DNA from: Candidatus Lustribacter sp.
Lineage (GTDB): Bacteria > Vulcanimicrobiota > Vulcanimicrobiia > Vulcanimicrobiales > Vulcanimicrobiaceae
Direction: 5' to 3'
Assembly: GCA_965277805.1 (NCBI GenBank)
Contig: OZ255842.1
Location: forward strand, 5,440,001 to 5,504,000
DNA: 64,000 nt
Shown here: positions 37,502 through 46,990 of the stretch, piece by piece
How positions within the stretch are numbered: the first letter of the stretch is position 1
How the letters are laid out: each line of letters opens with the position of its first letter
Translations under genes and position numbers: made by a program
The notes under the pieces: generated by a model
Told to the model about the DNA's origin: nothing
Seen by the model: only the letters and a program-made list of their open reading frames with translations
The model's database searches: none

Positions 37502-39850
37502 GTGGGCATCGGTCGCCGGATGGCCTACACGGCCCTCGGCATGTTCGTACCGCTCGTTTTGGCTATTCTCGTGTACATCGGCTACGTCTGGATCGGCATC
37601 GCGAACGGCACCGCGCGTACGACCGGCACCATCGCCGGCCTCGGACTGCGTGCGCCGGTAACGGTGATTCGCGATGCCCGCGGAGTTCCGCACATTCGCG
37701 CCGCATCGGTGCACGACGCCGCGTTCGCGCAAGGTTACGTTACCGGCGCCGACCGGCTTTTTCAGATCGACATCACGCGACGCTTCGTGCTCGGCACGCT
37801 CTCCGAGATGCTGGGCTCGGTAACGATGCAAGCCGATCAAGACGCGCGCATCATCGACCTCAAGGGCATCGTTGACAACGAATACGCGCATCTCTCGGCC
37901 GTCGACCGCGACACGCTGCAAGCGTATGCCGACGGCGTCAACGCCGCCGCGGCACACGAATCGCTGCCCCCGGAATACCGGATGCTGCTCTTTCACTTTA
38001 CGACGTGGAAGCCCCAGGATTCGCTCGCCGTCGGTTTTGCGATCGTCCTCGATCTCAACGATTCGTGGTACGACGTGATGGCGCGCGATGCGGTCGAACG
38101 CGAAGTGGGCCCGCGCGCGGTCGCGGCATTTTTCTCGCTGACGGATCCGGCCTACGACGTCCCGACCGCCGGCGTACGTCCGGTTTCGTTACCGCCGCTG
38201 CCGGAACTCGACGGCGCGAACAAGCCGGCGGCCGTCACGTGGAATGGCGAGAACGTGCACGACGTGCTGGGCAGCAACGAGTGGGTCGCCGGCGCGCAGC
38301 GCACCGCAACGGGGCGCGCGCTGTTGGCCAACGACCCGCATTTGGTACGCCGCATCCCGGGCATCTGGCATCTCGTCGACATCAACGCTCCGGGCGAACA
38401 CGTTGCCGGCGCGGCGATCGCGGGCGTTCCCGGCGTGATCCTCGGCCACAACGAGCACCTTGCGTGGGGTTCAACGAATGCGGACGTCGTCAGCGCGCGC
38501 GTGTTCAACGAGACGTTCGCGCATAACGAGGGCCTGAAATATCGCACCGGTGCGCAGTGGTCCGATGCGGTGATGCGTCACGAATCGTTCAACGACCGAT
38601 TCGGCAGTGCGCGCAAACACGACTACCTCACGACGCGCCACGGCTTCGTGCTCGAAGACAGCGGCTTCGTTCGCCACGCCGTGCAGTGGAACGAAGTCTC
38701 CGGCGCGCAGTCGCCCGTCGCCGCGTTTCTGGCCCTCGACCGCGCCGGCACGATCGAAGCCGGCATGCGCGCCTTAGCGCAGTATCCGGGCCCGACGCAG
38801 AACTTCACGCTCGCGCAAACCGACGGCCGGGCCGCGTTCAGCATGGCCGGTGCGATTCCCAATGATCCCGCCTGGGGACTCGCAGTGGCTAACGGTGCCC
38901 GGACGCCGGCGGTGCCGCTCGCGTTCGTACCGTTCGCGCAATTGCCGCACATCGCACCCGCGCGCGCTGCGCTGGCCGTGAATTCCAATAACCTCGCCTA
39001 CGGAGCCGGCTACCCTTTCCGTCTGGGCCCGTACTTCAGCGCACCCTATCGCGCGGCCGAGGTCGAGCGACGCCTGCACGCTCTGCCGAAGCTCGACGTG
39101 GAGGCGTCGCGCGGGATACAAGCGGACACGACGTCGCTCGCCGAGGCCGAGTTGGCGCGCATGTGCGTGACGGCACTGAAGAAGAGCGGCGCCGATCGCG
39201 ATCCCGGCATCGCGCCGTCCTATGCCGCGCTCAACGTGTTCGTCACGTCGGAGAACGGGAACGTCGCGCCGGCTTCGAAAGGCGCGACCGTCATCCAGCG
39301 CGTGCGCTTCGTCGCGACGCGCGACCTGATCGCCGCGCACATGAGCGCAGCGACCGCCAACAATTACCTGCGCGATGGTCCGGCGTTCGTCACGCTGATG
39401 CGCGCGCTGCGCGAACATCCGCGCGGCTGGTTCCCGCACAACGATCCCGCGGCGTTTCTCGTGAACGCGGTGCGCGAGACGGTCCCGCTCTTCGGCGGCC
39501 GTGATGCCGTCGCAACGCCGTACGGCACGGCCTATGCGGTCGTTGCGCAGCATCCGTTTGCCGTGTTCAACTGGCACTTCTGGGATGCGCCGTCATTCCC
39601 GGGCAGCGGCGGCAGCTACGCGCCCGCCGTGCAAGCCATCGCGCTCGGCCAAAGCTTCCGCGCGGTGTGGGACGTGGGCAACTGGGACGCCGGCGGCATC
39701 GATCTCCCGCTCGGCGAATCCGGCGAACCCGGCTCGCCCCACTACACCGACGCCGCGCCCGCCTGGCTACGCCACGACCTAACCCCACTACCCTACACCG
39801 ACGCCGCCGTAACCCGCGCCGGCGTCGCCACCCTAACCCTAACGCCGTAA
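37502..39850 (+). CDS. Penicillin acylase family Ntn-hydrolase (S45), N-terminal membrane anchor
   Basis: RDARGVPHI, GSNEW (Ser nucleophile), LANDPHL and GESG.PGSPHY motifs. Confidence 0.92.
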   Translation: MGIGRRMAYTALGMFVPLVLAILVYIGYVWIGIANGTARTTGTIAGLGLRAPVTVIRDARGVPHIRAASVHDAAFAQGYVTGADRLFQIDITRRFVLGTLSEMLGSVTMQADQDARIIDLKGIVDNEYAHLSAVDRDTLQAYADGVNAAAAHESLPPEYRMLLFHFTTWKPQDSLAVGFAIVLDLNDSWYDVMARDAVEREVGPRAVAAFFSLTDPAYDVPTAGVRPVSLPPLPELDGANKPAAVTWNGENVHDVLGSNEWVAGAQRTATGRALLANDPHLVRRIPGIWHLVDINAPGEHVAGAAIAGVPGVILGHNEHLAWGSTNADVVSARVFNETFAHNEGLKYRTGAQWSDAVMRHESFNDRFGSARKHDYLTTRHGFVLEDSGFVRHAVQWNEVSGAQSPVAAFLALDRAGTIEAGMRALAQYPGPTQNFTLAQTDGRAAFSMAGAIPNDPAWGLAVANGARTPAVPLAFVPFAQLPHIAPARAALAVNSNNLAYGAGYPFRLGPYFSAPYRAAEVERRLHALPKLDVEASRGIQADTTSLAEAELARMCVTALKKSGADRDPGIAPSYAALNVFVTSENGNVAPASKGATVIQRVRFVATRDLIAAHMSAATANNYLRDGPAFVTLMRALREHPRGWFPHNDPAAFLVNAVRETVPLFGGRDAVATPYGTAYAVVAQHPFAVFNWHFWDAPSFPGSGGSYAPAVQAIALGQSFRAVWDVGNWDAGGIDLPLGESGEPGSPHYTDAAPAWLRHDLTPLPYTDAAVTRAGVATLTLTP

Positions 39851-39859
39851 CGACTGGTG

Positions 39860-40588
39860 CTAGGGCTTTTTCAATCCGGCTCGGGTTAGCCAGTATTCCC
39901 AGCCGCGTTGGAAGGCGGGGAGTTCGGGGTGGACGGGGCCGGCTAGTTCGACTTCGCCCGGTGAGGATATCTTGACGCTGCCGCCGAGCAGTTTTGCCGT
40001 GGTGAGAATGCGCGCGTTCTTCGGCAGATAGATCGCCGTGCTGACCGCGTCTTGGAGGTGGTTGCCCGCGACGGCGAAGCCGTGGCCGCGCATGAGGGCG
40101 ACTTTGTCGCGGCCGAGAGCTGCGGCGAGGTCGGTGCCTTGCGCGACGTTGGTCACGAGCATGTTCGTATCGCCGAACTTATCGCGAATATCCCACACGG
40201 GCACGTGGTTGCCGATACACGCCGCCTGGTGCCAGACCGGCTGCAGCGCGACCGAACTGATCGAATATGGGATCACGTCTTCCTGGTGCGAGTGCACGAC
40301 CGAGATGACGTCGGGCCGCGCTTTGTAGATCGAGCCGTGGATGAAGCGTTCGAGATAGGGCGGCCGCTTGTCGTCGCCGACGACTTCGCCGTCGAGCGTG
40401 AACTCCATGATGTCCTCGACGCTCACGAGTTCGGGGCTGCGCGAGCGCGAGAGCAAGTAGTGCGCCGGATTGTCGGGATGCCGCATGCTGACGTGGCCGT
40501 AGCCGTCGAGCACGCCTTCGCGCGCGAGGATGTGGTTGGCGGACATGACGTCCCATTTCGCTTGCGCGATCGTGTCGGTTGCAGTCAC
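39860..40588 (-). CDS. Class II aldolase/adducin family protein
   Basis: GHVSMR, ERFIHGSIY, VVHSH and LMRGHG motifs. Confidence 0.9.
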   Translation of the reverse strand: MTATDTIAQAKWDVMSANHILAREGVLDGYGHVSMRHPDNPAHYLLSRSRSPELVSVEDIMEFTLDGEVVGDDKRPPYLERFIHGSIYKARPDVISVVHSHQEDVIPYSISSVALQPVWHQAACIGNHVPVWDIRDKFGDTNMLVTNVAQGTDLAAALGRDKVALMRGHGFAVAGNHLQDAVSTAIYLPKNARILTTAKLLGGSVKISSPGEVELAGPVHPELPAFQRGWEYWLTRAGLKKP

Positions 40589-40595
40589 TGAACGG

Positions 40596-41711
40596 TTAAC
40601 CCCAGACTTTTTTGGCGACGTCGTGAACGAGTTTCATCTTGGCCCATTGCTCGTTTTCGGCGATGACGTTGCCTGACGACATCGACGCGAAGCCGCACTG
40701 CGGGCTGAGCGCGAGCTGATCGAGCGGCAGATACTTGGTCGCCGCGTCGATCCGCTTCGCGAGCGAGTCCGCGTTTTCGAGCGTGCCGAGTTTCGTCGTG
40801 ACCAATCCGAGCACGACGATCTTGCCCTTGGGCACGAAACGCAGCGGCTCGAACGAGCCCGAGCGCTCGTCGTCGTATTCGAGCAAAAAGCGGTCGACGT
40901 CGAGCTGGGTGAACACTTTCTCGGCGATGTTGTCGTAGCCGCCTTGCGCGTACCAGTTGCTCTTGTTGTTGCCGCGGCAAAGGTGGATCGCCAGAATCAC
41001 GCCCGGCTTGCGGGCTTTGCGGAAACCCAGGTTGTCGGAGGCGATCGCCTCGTCGAGCAATCCGTCGAGGTCGTCGCTGTACTCGGTGCGCAAGAACGTG
41101 CGCCACTTCTCATCGAGATAGTAGCTGTAGCGCGGCGCATCGATCTGGATGTACGCGACGCCTTCGTTGGCCAGCGCTTCCATTTCGCCGGCGATGATCG
41201 CGGCGACGTCGGCCAAGAACGGCTTGTAGGTGGGATACGCTTTTTCGCTCGCACCTTTGCGATATGCGATCGCCGGGAACTGGTTGGCGCTGGGCAGCGT
41301 CATCTTGACCGCGCCGGGCGCATTCTTCAACAGAAACGTCGACTCGTATTCGGTCAGGCGCCGCTTCTGCGTGATCTTCGCCGTCACGACGTCGAGCAGC
41401 GGCTGCGTCTTGCCGGTATTTTTCGTTGCCGCGTTCGTCCACGTGCGCGCATCGGCGTCGCTGCTCGAGAACCCGTCAACGGCCTCTACGAGGTCCGACA
41501 TGAAGCCTTCGCGGCGCAGTTCGCCGTCGGTGAAGATCTCGAAACCGAGTTCTTTCTGCTTCGCGATGATGCGTAGAATCTCGCGATCCTCGAGCGCGCG
41601 CAACTCGGGCGAGCCCGGCTTTTCTTCGCGCATCCGGAGCAATTCCGGCGGACGCAAGAAGCTGCCGAGGTGATCGGCACGGAAGGCGTTTTTAGTCAGT
41701 GTCGTTGCCAT
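40596..41711 (-). CDS. Cobalamin-independent methionine synthase II-family (MetE C-terminal-only) protein
   Basis: DHLGSFLRP, TDGELRR, HLCRGN, LEYD and SPQCGF Zn motifs; single domain. Confidence 0.88.
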   Translation of the reverse strand: MATTLTKNAFRADHLGSFLRPPELLRMREEKPGSPELRALEDREILRIIAKQKELGFEIFTDGELRREGFMSDLVEAVDGFSSSDADARTWTNAATKNTGKTQPLLDVVTAKITQKRRLTEYESTFLLKNAPGAVKMTLPSANQFPAIAYRKGASEKAYPTYKPFLADVAAIIAGEMEALANEGVAYIQIDAPRYSYYLDEKWRTFLRTEYSDDLDGLLDEAIASDNLGFRKARKPGVILAIHLCRGNNKSNWYAQGGYDNIAEKVFTQLDVDRFLLEYDDERSGSFEPLRFVPKGKIVVLGLVTTKLGTLENADSLAKRIDAATKYLPLDQLALSPQCGFASMSSGNVIAENEQWAKMKLVHDVAKKVWG

Positions 41712-41722
41712 GCCCGGGCGTT

Positions 41723-42562
41723 CTAAACCAGGCTCGCGCAGGCCTCGGTGATTTCCGGATGGCGGAAGACGTAGCCGGCTGCGAGTGCCGCTGCGGGTAC
41801 GACGCGCTGACCCTCGGTGACGATCGAGGCGCCCTCGCCGAAGAGGAGCTTGATCCCGAACTCGGGTGCCGGAAGGATGGCCGGCCGGTGGACGGCGGCG
41901 GCAAGCGCTCGCGTGAAGTCACGGTTTTTCACCGGATTCGGTGCGGTGGAGTTGAGCGTTCCGCCGTAGCTGTCGATCGCCAGCAAGTAGATCCCGACGT
42001 GATCGTCGAGATGTACCCACGACGTCCATTGCTCGCCGCTCGCGACCGGTCCGCCGAGGCCGGCGCGGAAGAGCGGTAAGAGCGGGCCCAACGCGCCGCC
42101 GTCGCGGCCGAGGACGAGCCCGGTGCGCACGATCGCGACGCGCATGCCGAGCGCACCGGCGCGCGCGGCTTCGTCTTCCCACGCAACGCACACGCGCGCG
42201 AGAAAGTCGTCACCCGGCGGGCTCGTCTCGGTGAACGTTGCGGTGCGGCTCATGCCGTAGTAACCGATGGCCGATGCGCTGACATAGGCGTTCGGCCGCG
42301 CATCGACGCGTTCGAGCGCCGACAGGAATGCGTGGGGCAGATCGACGCGCGAACGCGCGATCTCACGCTTGTAGTCATCCGTCCAGCGTCCGATGACCGG
42401 CGCGCCGGCAAGATTCACCACGACGTCGCTGCCGCTCGCCGATTCGGCGGCGCGGGCGGGATCGCGCAACGAAACCGCGCGCACGTCGTCACCGCGCGCT
42501 TGCAGTGCCGCGCCGAGCGCGCGTCCGACGAAGCCGGATGCCCCCAGGATGGTAACCTTCAT
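41723..42562 (-). CDS. TIGR01777/YfcH-family NAD-dependent epimerase
   Basis: GASGFVG, NLAGAP, SASAIGYYG, RTGLVL and SWVH.DD motifs. Confidence 0.9.
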   Translation of the reverse strand: MKVTILGASGFVGRALGAALQARGDDVRAVSLRDPARAAESASGSDVVVNLAGAPVIGRWTDDYKREIARSRVDLPHAFLSALERVDARPNAYVSASAIGYYGMSRTATFTETSPPGDDFLARVCVAWEDEAARAGALGMRVAIVRTGLVLGRDGGALGPLLPLFRAGLGGPVASGEQWTSWVHLDDHVGIYLLAIDSYGGTLNSTAPNPVKNRDFTRALAAAVHRPAILPAPEFGIKLLFGEGASIVTEGQRVVPAAALAAGYVFRHPEITEACASLV

Positions 42563-42566
42563 GGCG

Positions 42567-44645
42567 CTAGTGCGCGATCAGCGCGCCGGCGGCGTCGACG
42601 GCGGAGCGAGCGCGGCCGACGGCCAGGTCGACGGCGTTTTGATCGCCTTCGCTGATCGCGCGCGCGACGTCCGGAAACGTGATTCCGGTATCTCCGTCGA
42701 CGCCGTAGCCGATGAGATCGAGCGACCGGGCGGCTTGTAATTCGCGGTCGGATGCATTGCCCGTGGCCACCCGTTTCGTTGCGGCATCGTGGCGGTTCGC
42801 GCTCGCGGCGAAGCGCCGGATCGATGTTTCGAAGCCGTGCACGTCGAGGCTCACGTGACGCGAGCGCGCAGCTAGGGCGAGCCGGCGCAACGCGGCGTCC
42901 ATCGGACCGACGTAGGCGTTGAAGTGATACGGCACGACGTCCGCGTCGGCGAGCCGCAACACGGCGACGCCGTAGAGCTGCGCGGCCGCGCGATGCAGAT
43001 CGAATTGCGGGTCGCTGATCGTGCGTGCGTACTGCAGCGTGTCGTAGCTCGAATGATACGGCCCGAACGGACCGCTGAACGTTGCGTTCGCGCTCGGCGT
43101 GCCGGCGCCGAACAGGAACGGTGCGCGATCGATGCCGCCGTTGCCGCGGTCGATCGGCGGCAGCGCGCCGCGCGTGCGGAACGCATAGCGATCGTAGATC
43201 GTGCCGCCGGGACGCGCCGGATCGTCCACCACGTGCGAGGCGTCGGCGATCGTCGGTGCGATCGCGGCCACCGCGTCGGCGCCGAACGTTCCGCCGGTAA
43301 TGCTGGGCTCGGTATTCAGGTAGGCGATCGAGGTGTCACGGATCTCGTCGCCGTGGCGCTTCAGATACGCGAGCGAACCGTACGAGCCGAGCTCCTCGCC
43401 GTCCCATGCGGCGAGCACGATCGTGCGCCCGGGTACCCAGCCGGTATGCGCGAGGTAGCCGAGACCGCGTGCGGTCTCGAGCAGCGTCACCGTACCGCCG
43501 CCGCCCGCGCCGATGCCGTAGACCCACGCGTCGCGCTGCGCGCCGAGCACGAGCTCTTGGCCCGGGATGCTGCCGTGCAGAATGCCGACCGTATTCCAAA
43601 GCGTCGTGGTCTTGCGGACCATTTCGACGACCATATGAATGAGCGCCGGGCCGCGGGCGAACGGGTAGGTGACGGCCATGCCGCCGGCCCAGGGGCGGGC
43701 TCCGGCGGGGCCCTTCAGCGAGCCGAGCAAGATGCGCGCGTTGGCGGCCGAGACCGGGATGACCGGAATCGTGACGCCTTCGCCGACGCTGCCGCGCTGC
43801 ACGGAATTCACCGGCCGCCAGGGACCGTTGGGGCTCGTCATACCGCGCGAGGCACCGTCTTCGAGCGGATCGTCGTAGAGGACCGCCCCGGCCGCGCCGT
43901 GAGCTTGCGCCCGGCGCACGAGGCCGCCGCGGCTCTCCGAGCCGAGCCGGATCAGGACGATCGCGCCTTTCGGATCGACGTTGTGCGCGGCGAGAAGGGC
44001 GTAGTCGGCCGGCATGCCGTGGGCCACGTACACGAGCGGGGCCCGCACGTCTCCGTCGGCGCTCCCGGCGATGAACGGCAGGCCGACGGCGGCGTTCCCC
44101 GTGTCGGGATCGTTCGGATCGGGCAGCTCCCGCAGGTCGAGGCCGATGGCGGCTACGAAGGGCGGCCGCGGCGTCGGCGACACGCCCGGTGCCGGCGCTT
44201 GTGCGGCACCTGCCTTGGCTGCGGCGGCGGCTTGCTTTTCGCGGATGATCCGGCGCCTGGCGATCGAGTAGTAGGCGGGAAATTCGGGTTCGGCGCCCCC
44301 GGCGCGACTGCCGCTGCCGCCGATTTCGAGGATGAGTTTCTTCGGCACGTCGATGCGCGCCGTCAGGGTCTCCATCGTCGTGTCGAAGCCGGCTTCTTTC
44401 AACTTGTCGCGGACGTAGAGGGCGAGCTTGTAATCGCCGGCGGAACCGGCATAGTGCGGCTGAGCGGCGAGCGCCGCGGCGGCTTCCAGCGCGCCGGCCG
44501 AACTGGGGATATCGAGAAAGCGGTCTTCCAGCGCGAACTCGGCGTCGCTGTTCGCGACCGTATAACCGTAGATCTGCGTGTGCGGCGGTGCTGCTGCGAG
44601 CAATACGCACGCGCAAGCGACACCCAGAACACGGGCAGCTTTCAT
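42567..44645 (-). CDS. Secreted M28 glutamate-carboxypeptidase II/transferrin-receptor-like protein with PA domain
   Basis: PHYAGS, PA domain, VQRGSV, RDAW, WDGEE and YHS.YD motifs; some Zn ligands are substituted. Confidence 0.85.
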   Translation of the reverse strand: MKAARVLGVACACVLLAAAPPHTQIYGYTVANSDAEFALEDRFLDIPSSAGALEAAAALAAQPHYAGSAGDYKLALYVRDKLKEAGFDTTMETLTARIDVPKKLILEIGGSGSRAGGAEPEFPAYYSIARRRIIREKQAAAAAKAGAAQAPAPGVSPTPRPPFVAAIGLDLRELPDPNDPDTGNAAVGLPFIAGSADGDVRAPLVYVAHGMPADYALLAAHNVDPKGAIVLIRLGSESRGGLVRRAQAHGAAGAVLYDDPLEDGASRGMTSPNGPWRPVNSVQRGSVGEGVTIPVIPVSAANARILLGSLKGPAGARPWAGGMAVTYPFARGPALIHMVVEMVRKTTTLWNTVGILHGSIPGQELVLGAQRDAWVYGIGAGGGGTVTLLETARGLGYLAHTGWVPGRTIVLAAWDGEELGSYGSLAYLKRHGDEIRDTSIAYLNTEPSITGGTFGADAVAAIAPTIADASHVVDDPARPGGTIYDRYAFRTRGALPPIDRGNGGIDRAPFLFGAGTPSANATFSGPFGPYHSSYDTLQYARTISDPQFDLHRAAAQLYGVAVLRLADADVVPYHFNAYVGPMDAALRRLALAARSRHVSLDVHGFETSIRRFAASANRHDAATKRVATGNASDRELQAARSLDLIGYGVDGDTGITFPDVARAISEGDQNAVDLAVGRARSAVDAAGALIAH

Positions 44646-44688
44646 GCTGTGCGCCGTTGAACGGCGCAGCCCGGTCGTCCTCTCGGCC

Positions 44689-45777
44689 TCACAGCGCGGC
44701 GAGGACGGCGGCGCTCTCTCGATCGAGCCGCTGCTCGTAGACCTTCGGATGGGTGAGGTAGAAGAGGCACATCGCCCGCAGCACGAATTCGTGCCACTCG
44801 CCGTGGGCGAGCGCCCGCAATCGCTCGCTGGTGGTGCGGACTAGCCGCCTGACGCGTTCGACCGCGATGGCGCTCGACGGATAACAAGCGACGAAGTTCA
44901 ATTCGCGATGTTCCCGATCTTCGGCTTGATCGATGAAGTAGTCGAGCAAGATGTGCACCGCCGAAACGTTGGGAAAATACGCGGCGACCGTCGAGTCGAT
45001 CGCGCGCGCGTCGATGCGCGGCTGCAGCGCGAGATATATCAGCGCGAACACCGGCAGCGACGAACCGCAAGCGGCGGCGAACTCCCACCAGTAGAGCCCG
45101 GGGAAGGCTTCGGCGTGCTCGGCATACCAGGCGCTGCAGACGTCTTCGCGTACGGCGGCGTCGCCGTGCTTGAGCGTTTGCAGCTGCGCGTAGTAGCCGG
45201 CGATTTGCGCCAGCGCTTCGCGCACCGCCGCGTAGTGCGGCACGAGCGCGAGCTCGCGGCGCACGTCGTCGACGAGCGAAGCCAAATAGCCGCCGTCGTC
45301 GCCGGCCGGACCGTCGCGATAATACGCTCCGGGCGTGCGGCGATCGTCCAGTGCATCGAGCAATGCGCCGTGCAGCGTGGCGAACGCGGTTTGCGAAACG
45401 CCGGGCAAACGGTCGCAGAGGTTATCGAGGTAGTCGTAGATCGTTTCGAGCGAGGCGACGATGCGAACGTACCGCGTCGCGTCGGTGCCCGGCAGAAACG
45501 TGGCAAGAATGCATCCGCCCTGTACGTGAAAGGCCTTGCCGTCGATCGAGGCCAGCGCCTGTTCGCGCAATTCCGGCGCGGGAATCGCCGCCGCGCGCTC
45601 GCGGATTGCCTCAAGCGCGCGCGATGCGCGCGGCACCACGCGGATCAGAAAACGCGCCATCGATGCGAGGCCGCGCGGGCCGAGGCGAATCAAGCGCGCG
45701 AAGCGATCGGGCGAGTGCAGCACCGTCGTCACGACGACGCGCACGTCGTGCAGCAACGCGTTATATCGCGCCGACAT
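44689..45777 (-). CDS. ytpB: Tetraprenyl-beta-curcumene synthase family (YtpB/DUF2600) terpene synthase
   Basis: QALASI..K.FH.QGG, DYLDNLCD, W.EFAAACGS.L and HILLDYFIDQ.ED motifs. Confidence 0.85.
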   Translation of the reverse strand: MSARYNALLHDVRVVVTTVLHSPDRFARLIRLGPRGLASMARFLIRVVPRASRALEAIRERAAAIPAPELREQALASIDGKAFHVQGGCILATFLPGTDATRYVRIVASLETIYDYLDNLCDRLPGVSQTAFATLHGALLDALDDRRTPGAYYRDGPAGDDGGYLASLVDDVRRELALVPHYAAVREALAQIAGYYAQLQTLKHGDAAVREDVCSAWYAEHAEAFPGLYWWEFAAACGSSLPVFALIYLALQPRIDARAIDSTVAAYFPNVSAVHILLDYFIDQAEDREHRELNFVACYPSSAIAVERVRRLVRTTSERLRALAHGEWHEFVLRAMCLFYLTHPKVYEQRLDRESAAVLAAL

Positions 45778-46990
45778 ACCGTCCCGGTGACATGATCCCG
45801 GCCGGATCGAACTGCGCTTTGATCGCGCGCATGGTAGCGATGGTGCTGGGCTCGGAGCCCCAAGCGTCGATCGCCCCGCGCAAGCGTTCGCCGCCGGCGA
45901 GCACCGTGGCGCGTTCGAATGCGGCGCGCACGCCCGCATCGAGCGCGGCGAGGTTTGCGGCGAACGTGGCGATCGTGCGCGCCGAGAAACGCAGGATCGC
46001 ATCGCCCGTGCGCAAGTCGGCGATGCTCTCGGCGTGCAGGCCGTTTCGTCGCGCGAGGCTTTCGCTCGTGCGCGTGCGGGCCCAGGCCGTCGACGGCAAA
46101 CCGGTCGTGCGATAGGTGAGCATCCGTTCGCCGGGCGCCTCGATGTATGCGTCGATGACCTCGCCGAAGAGCGCTTCGGCCTCGGCGCCGTCGTGGAGCA
46201 GCGTTTCGGCGATGCCCGCGCGGCCGAGCGCCGAGCGTGCGTCGCGCGTGCCGCGCTCGACGACCGCTTCCGTCCCTTCAAACAGCAGTACCAGTCGCAA
46301 GCCCGCGCCGGGATAGCGTGCGATGCGCGAGTAGCCGTCGATGACGAGCGCGGCGGTGGGTTCGATCGCGAGGCCGCCGATTGCGGCCAGCGAGCGTTCG
46401 CGCAAGTCGGGCGCCAGCGCGGCGATCGCGAGGCGGCGCACCGGCGGTCGCGGCAGCGTTTTGAAGTTGCCACGGACGATCACGCCCAACGTGCCGAGCG
46501 AGCCGATGTAGAGCTTGCTCATGTCGTAGCCGGTGACGTTCTTGACCACCATGCCGCCGGCCCGCGCGAGCGTGCCGTCGGTGAGCGCGATCGTCGAGCC
46601 GATGACGAGATCGCGCGCGCGGCCGTACGCGGCCCGGCGCGGTCCGGCCCAACCGGAAGCTAAGGTGCCCCCGGCCGTGGCGCGCGCGGGCAAGGGTGCA
46701 TCGAACGGGATCCACTGTCCGTGCTCGGCCAACACGCGCGCGATCTCCGCCAGCGTTGTGCCGGCTTCGATTCCGGCGGTCATATCACGCGGATCGTAGT
46801 CGCGAATGCCGCGCAGCGCGCTCGTGTGCAACGCGACGTCGCAGGTGCGCGGCGCGTTGCCGAGCGTCTGCAGCGTCGCACCGCCGACGGTAACGACGGC
46901 CGCGCGATCGCGCGCACAGGCCGCGAGCGCAGCCGCGGTGTCGGCCGCGTTCGCCGGCGTGATGATGCGGGGCGCGACGTGGACCGTCAT
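45761..46990 (-). CDS. glcE: Glycolate oxidase FAD subunit GlcE-like
   Basis: GGMVVKNVTGYDMSKL.IGS.GTLG and K..FDP motifs; ATG at 46990 coupled to the glcD stop. Confidence 0.85.
   Translation of the reverse strand: MTVHVAPRIITPANAADTAAALAACARDRAAVVTVGGATLQTLGNAPRTCDVALHTSALRGIRDYDPRDMTAGIEAGTTLAEIARVLAEHGQWIPFDAPLPARATAGGTLASGWAGPRRAAYGRARDLVIGSTIALTDGTLARAGGMVVKNVTGYDMSKLYIGSLGTLGVIVRGNFKTLPRPPVRRLAIAALAPDLRERSLAAIGGLAIEPTAALVIDGYSRIARYPGAGLRLVLLFEGTEAVVERGTRDARSALGRAGIAETLLHDGAEAEALFGEVIDAYIEAPGERMLTYRTTGLPSTAWARTRTSESLARRNGLHAESIADLRTGDAILRFSARTIATFAANLAALDAGVRAAFERATVLAGGERLRGAIDAWGSEPSTIATMRAIKAQFDPAGIMSPGRYVGAI

Noticed and set aside
35566-39842. Vertebrate telomere repeat (CCCTAA)2 at two sites as contamination or telomere
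   Set aside because: Only two units each, in frame (Leu-Thr-Leu) within intact genes; better explained by C-rich gene-end bias.
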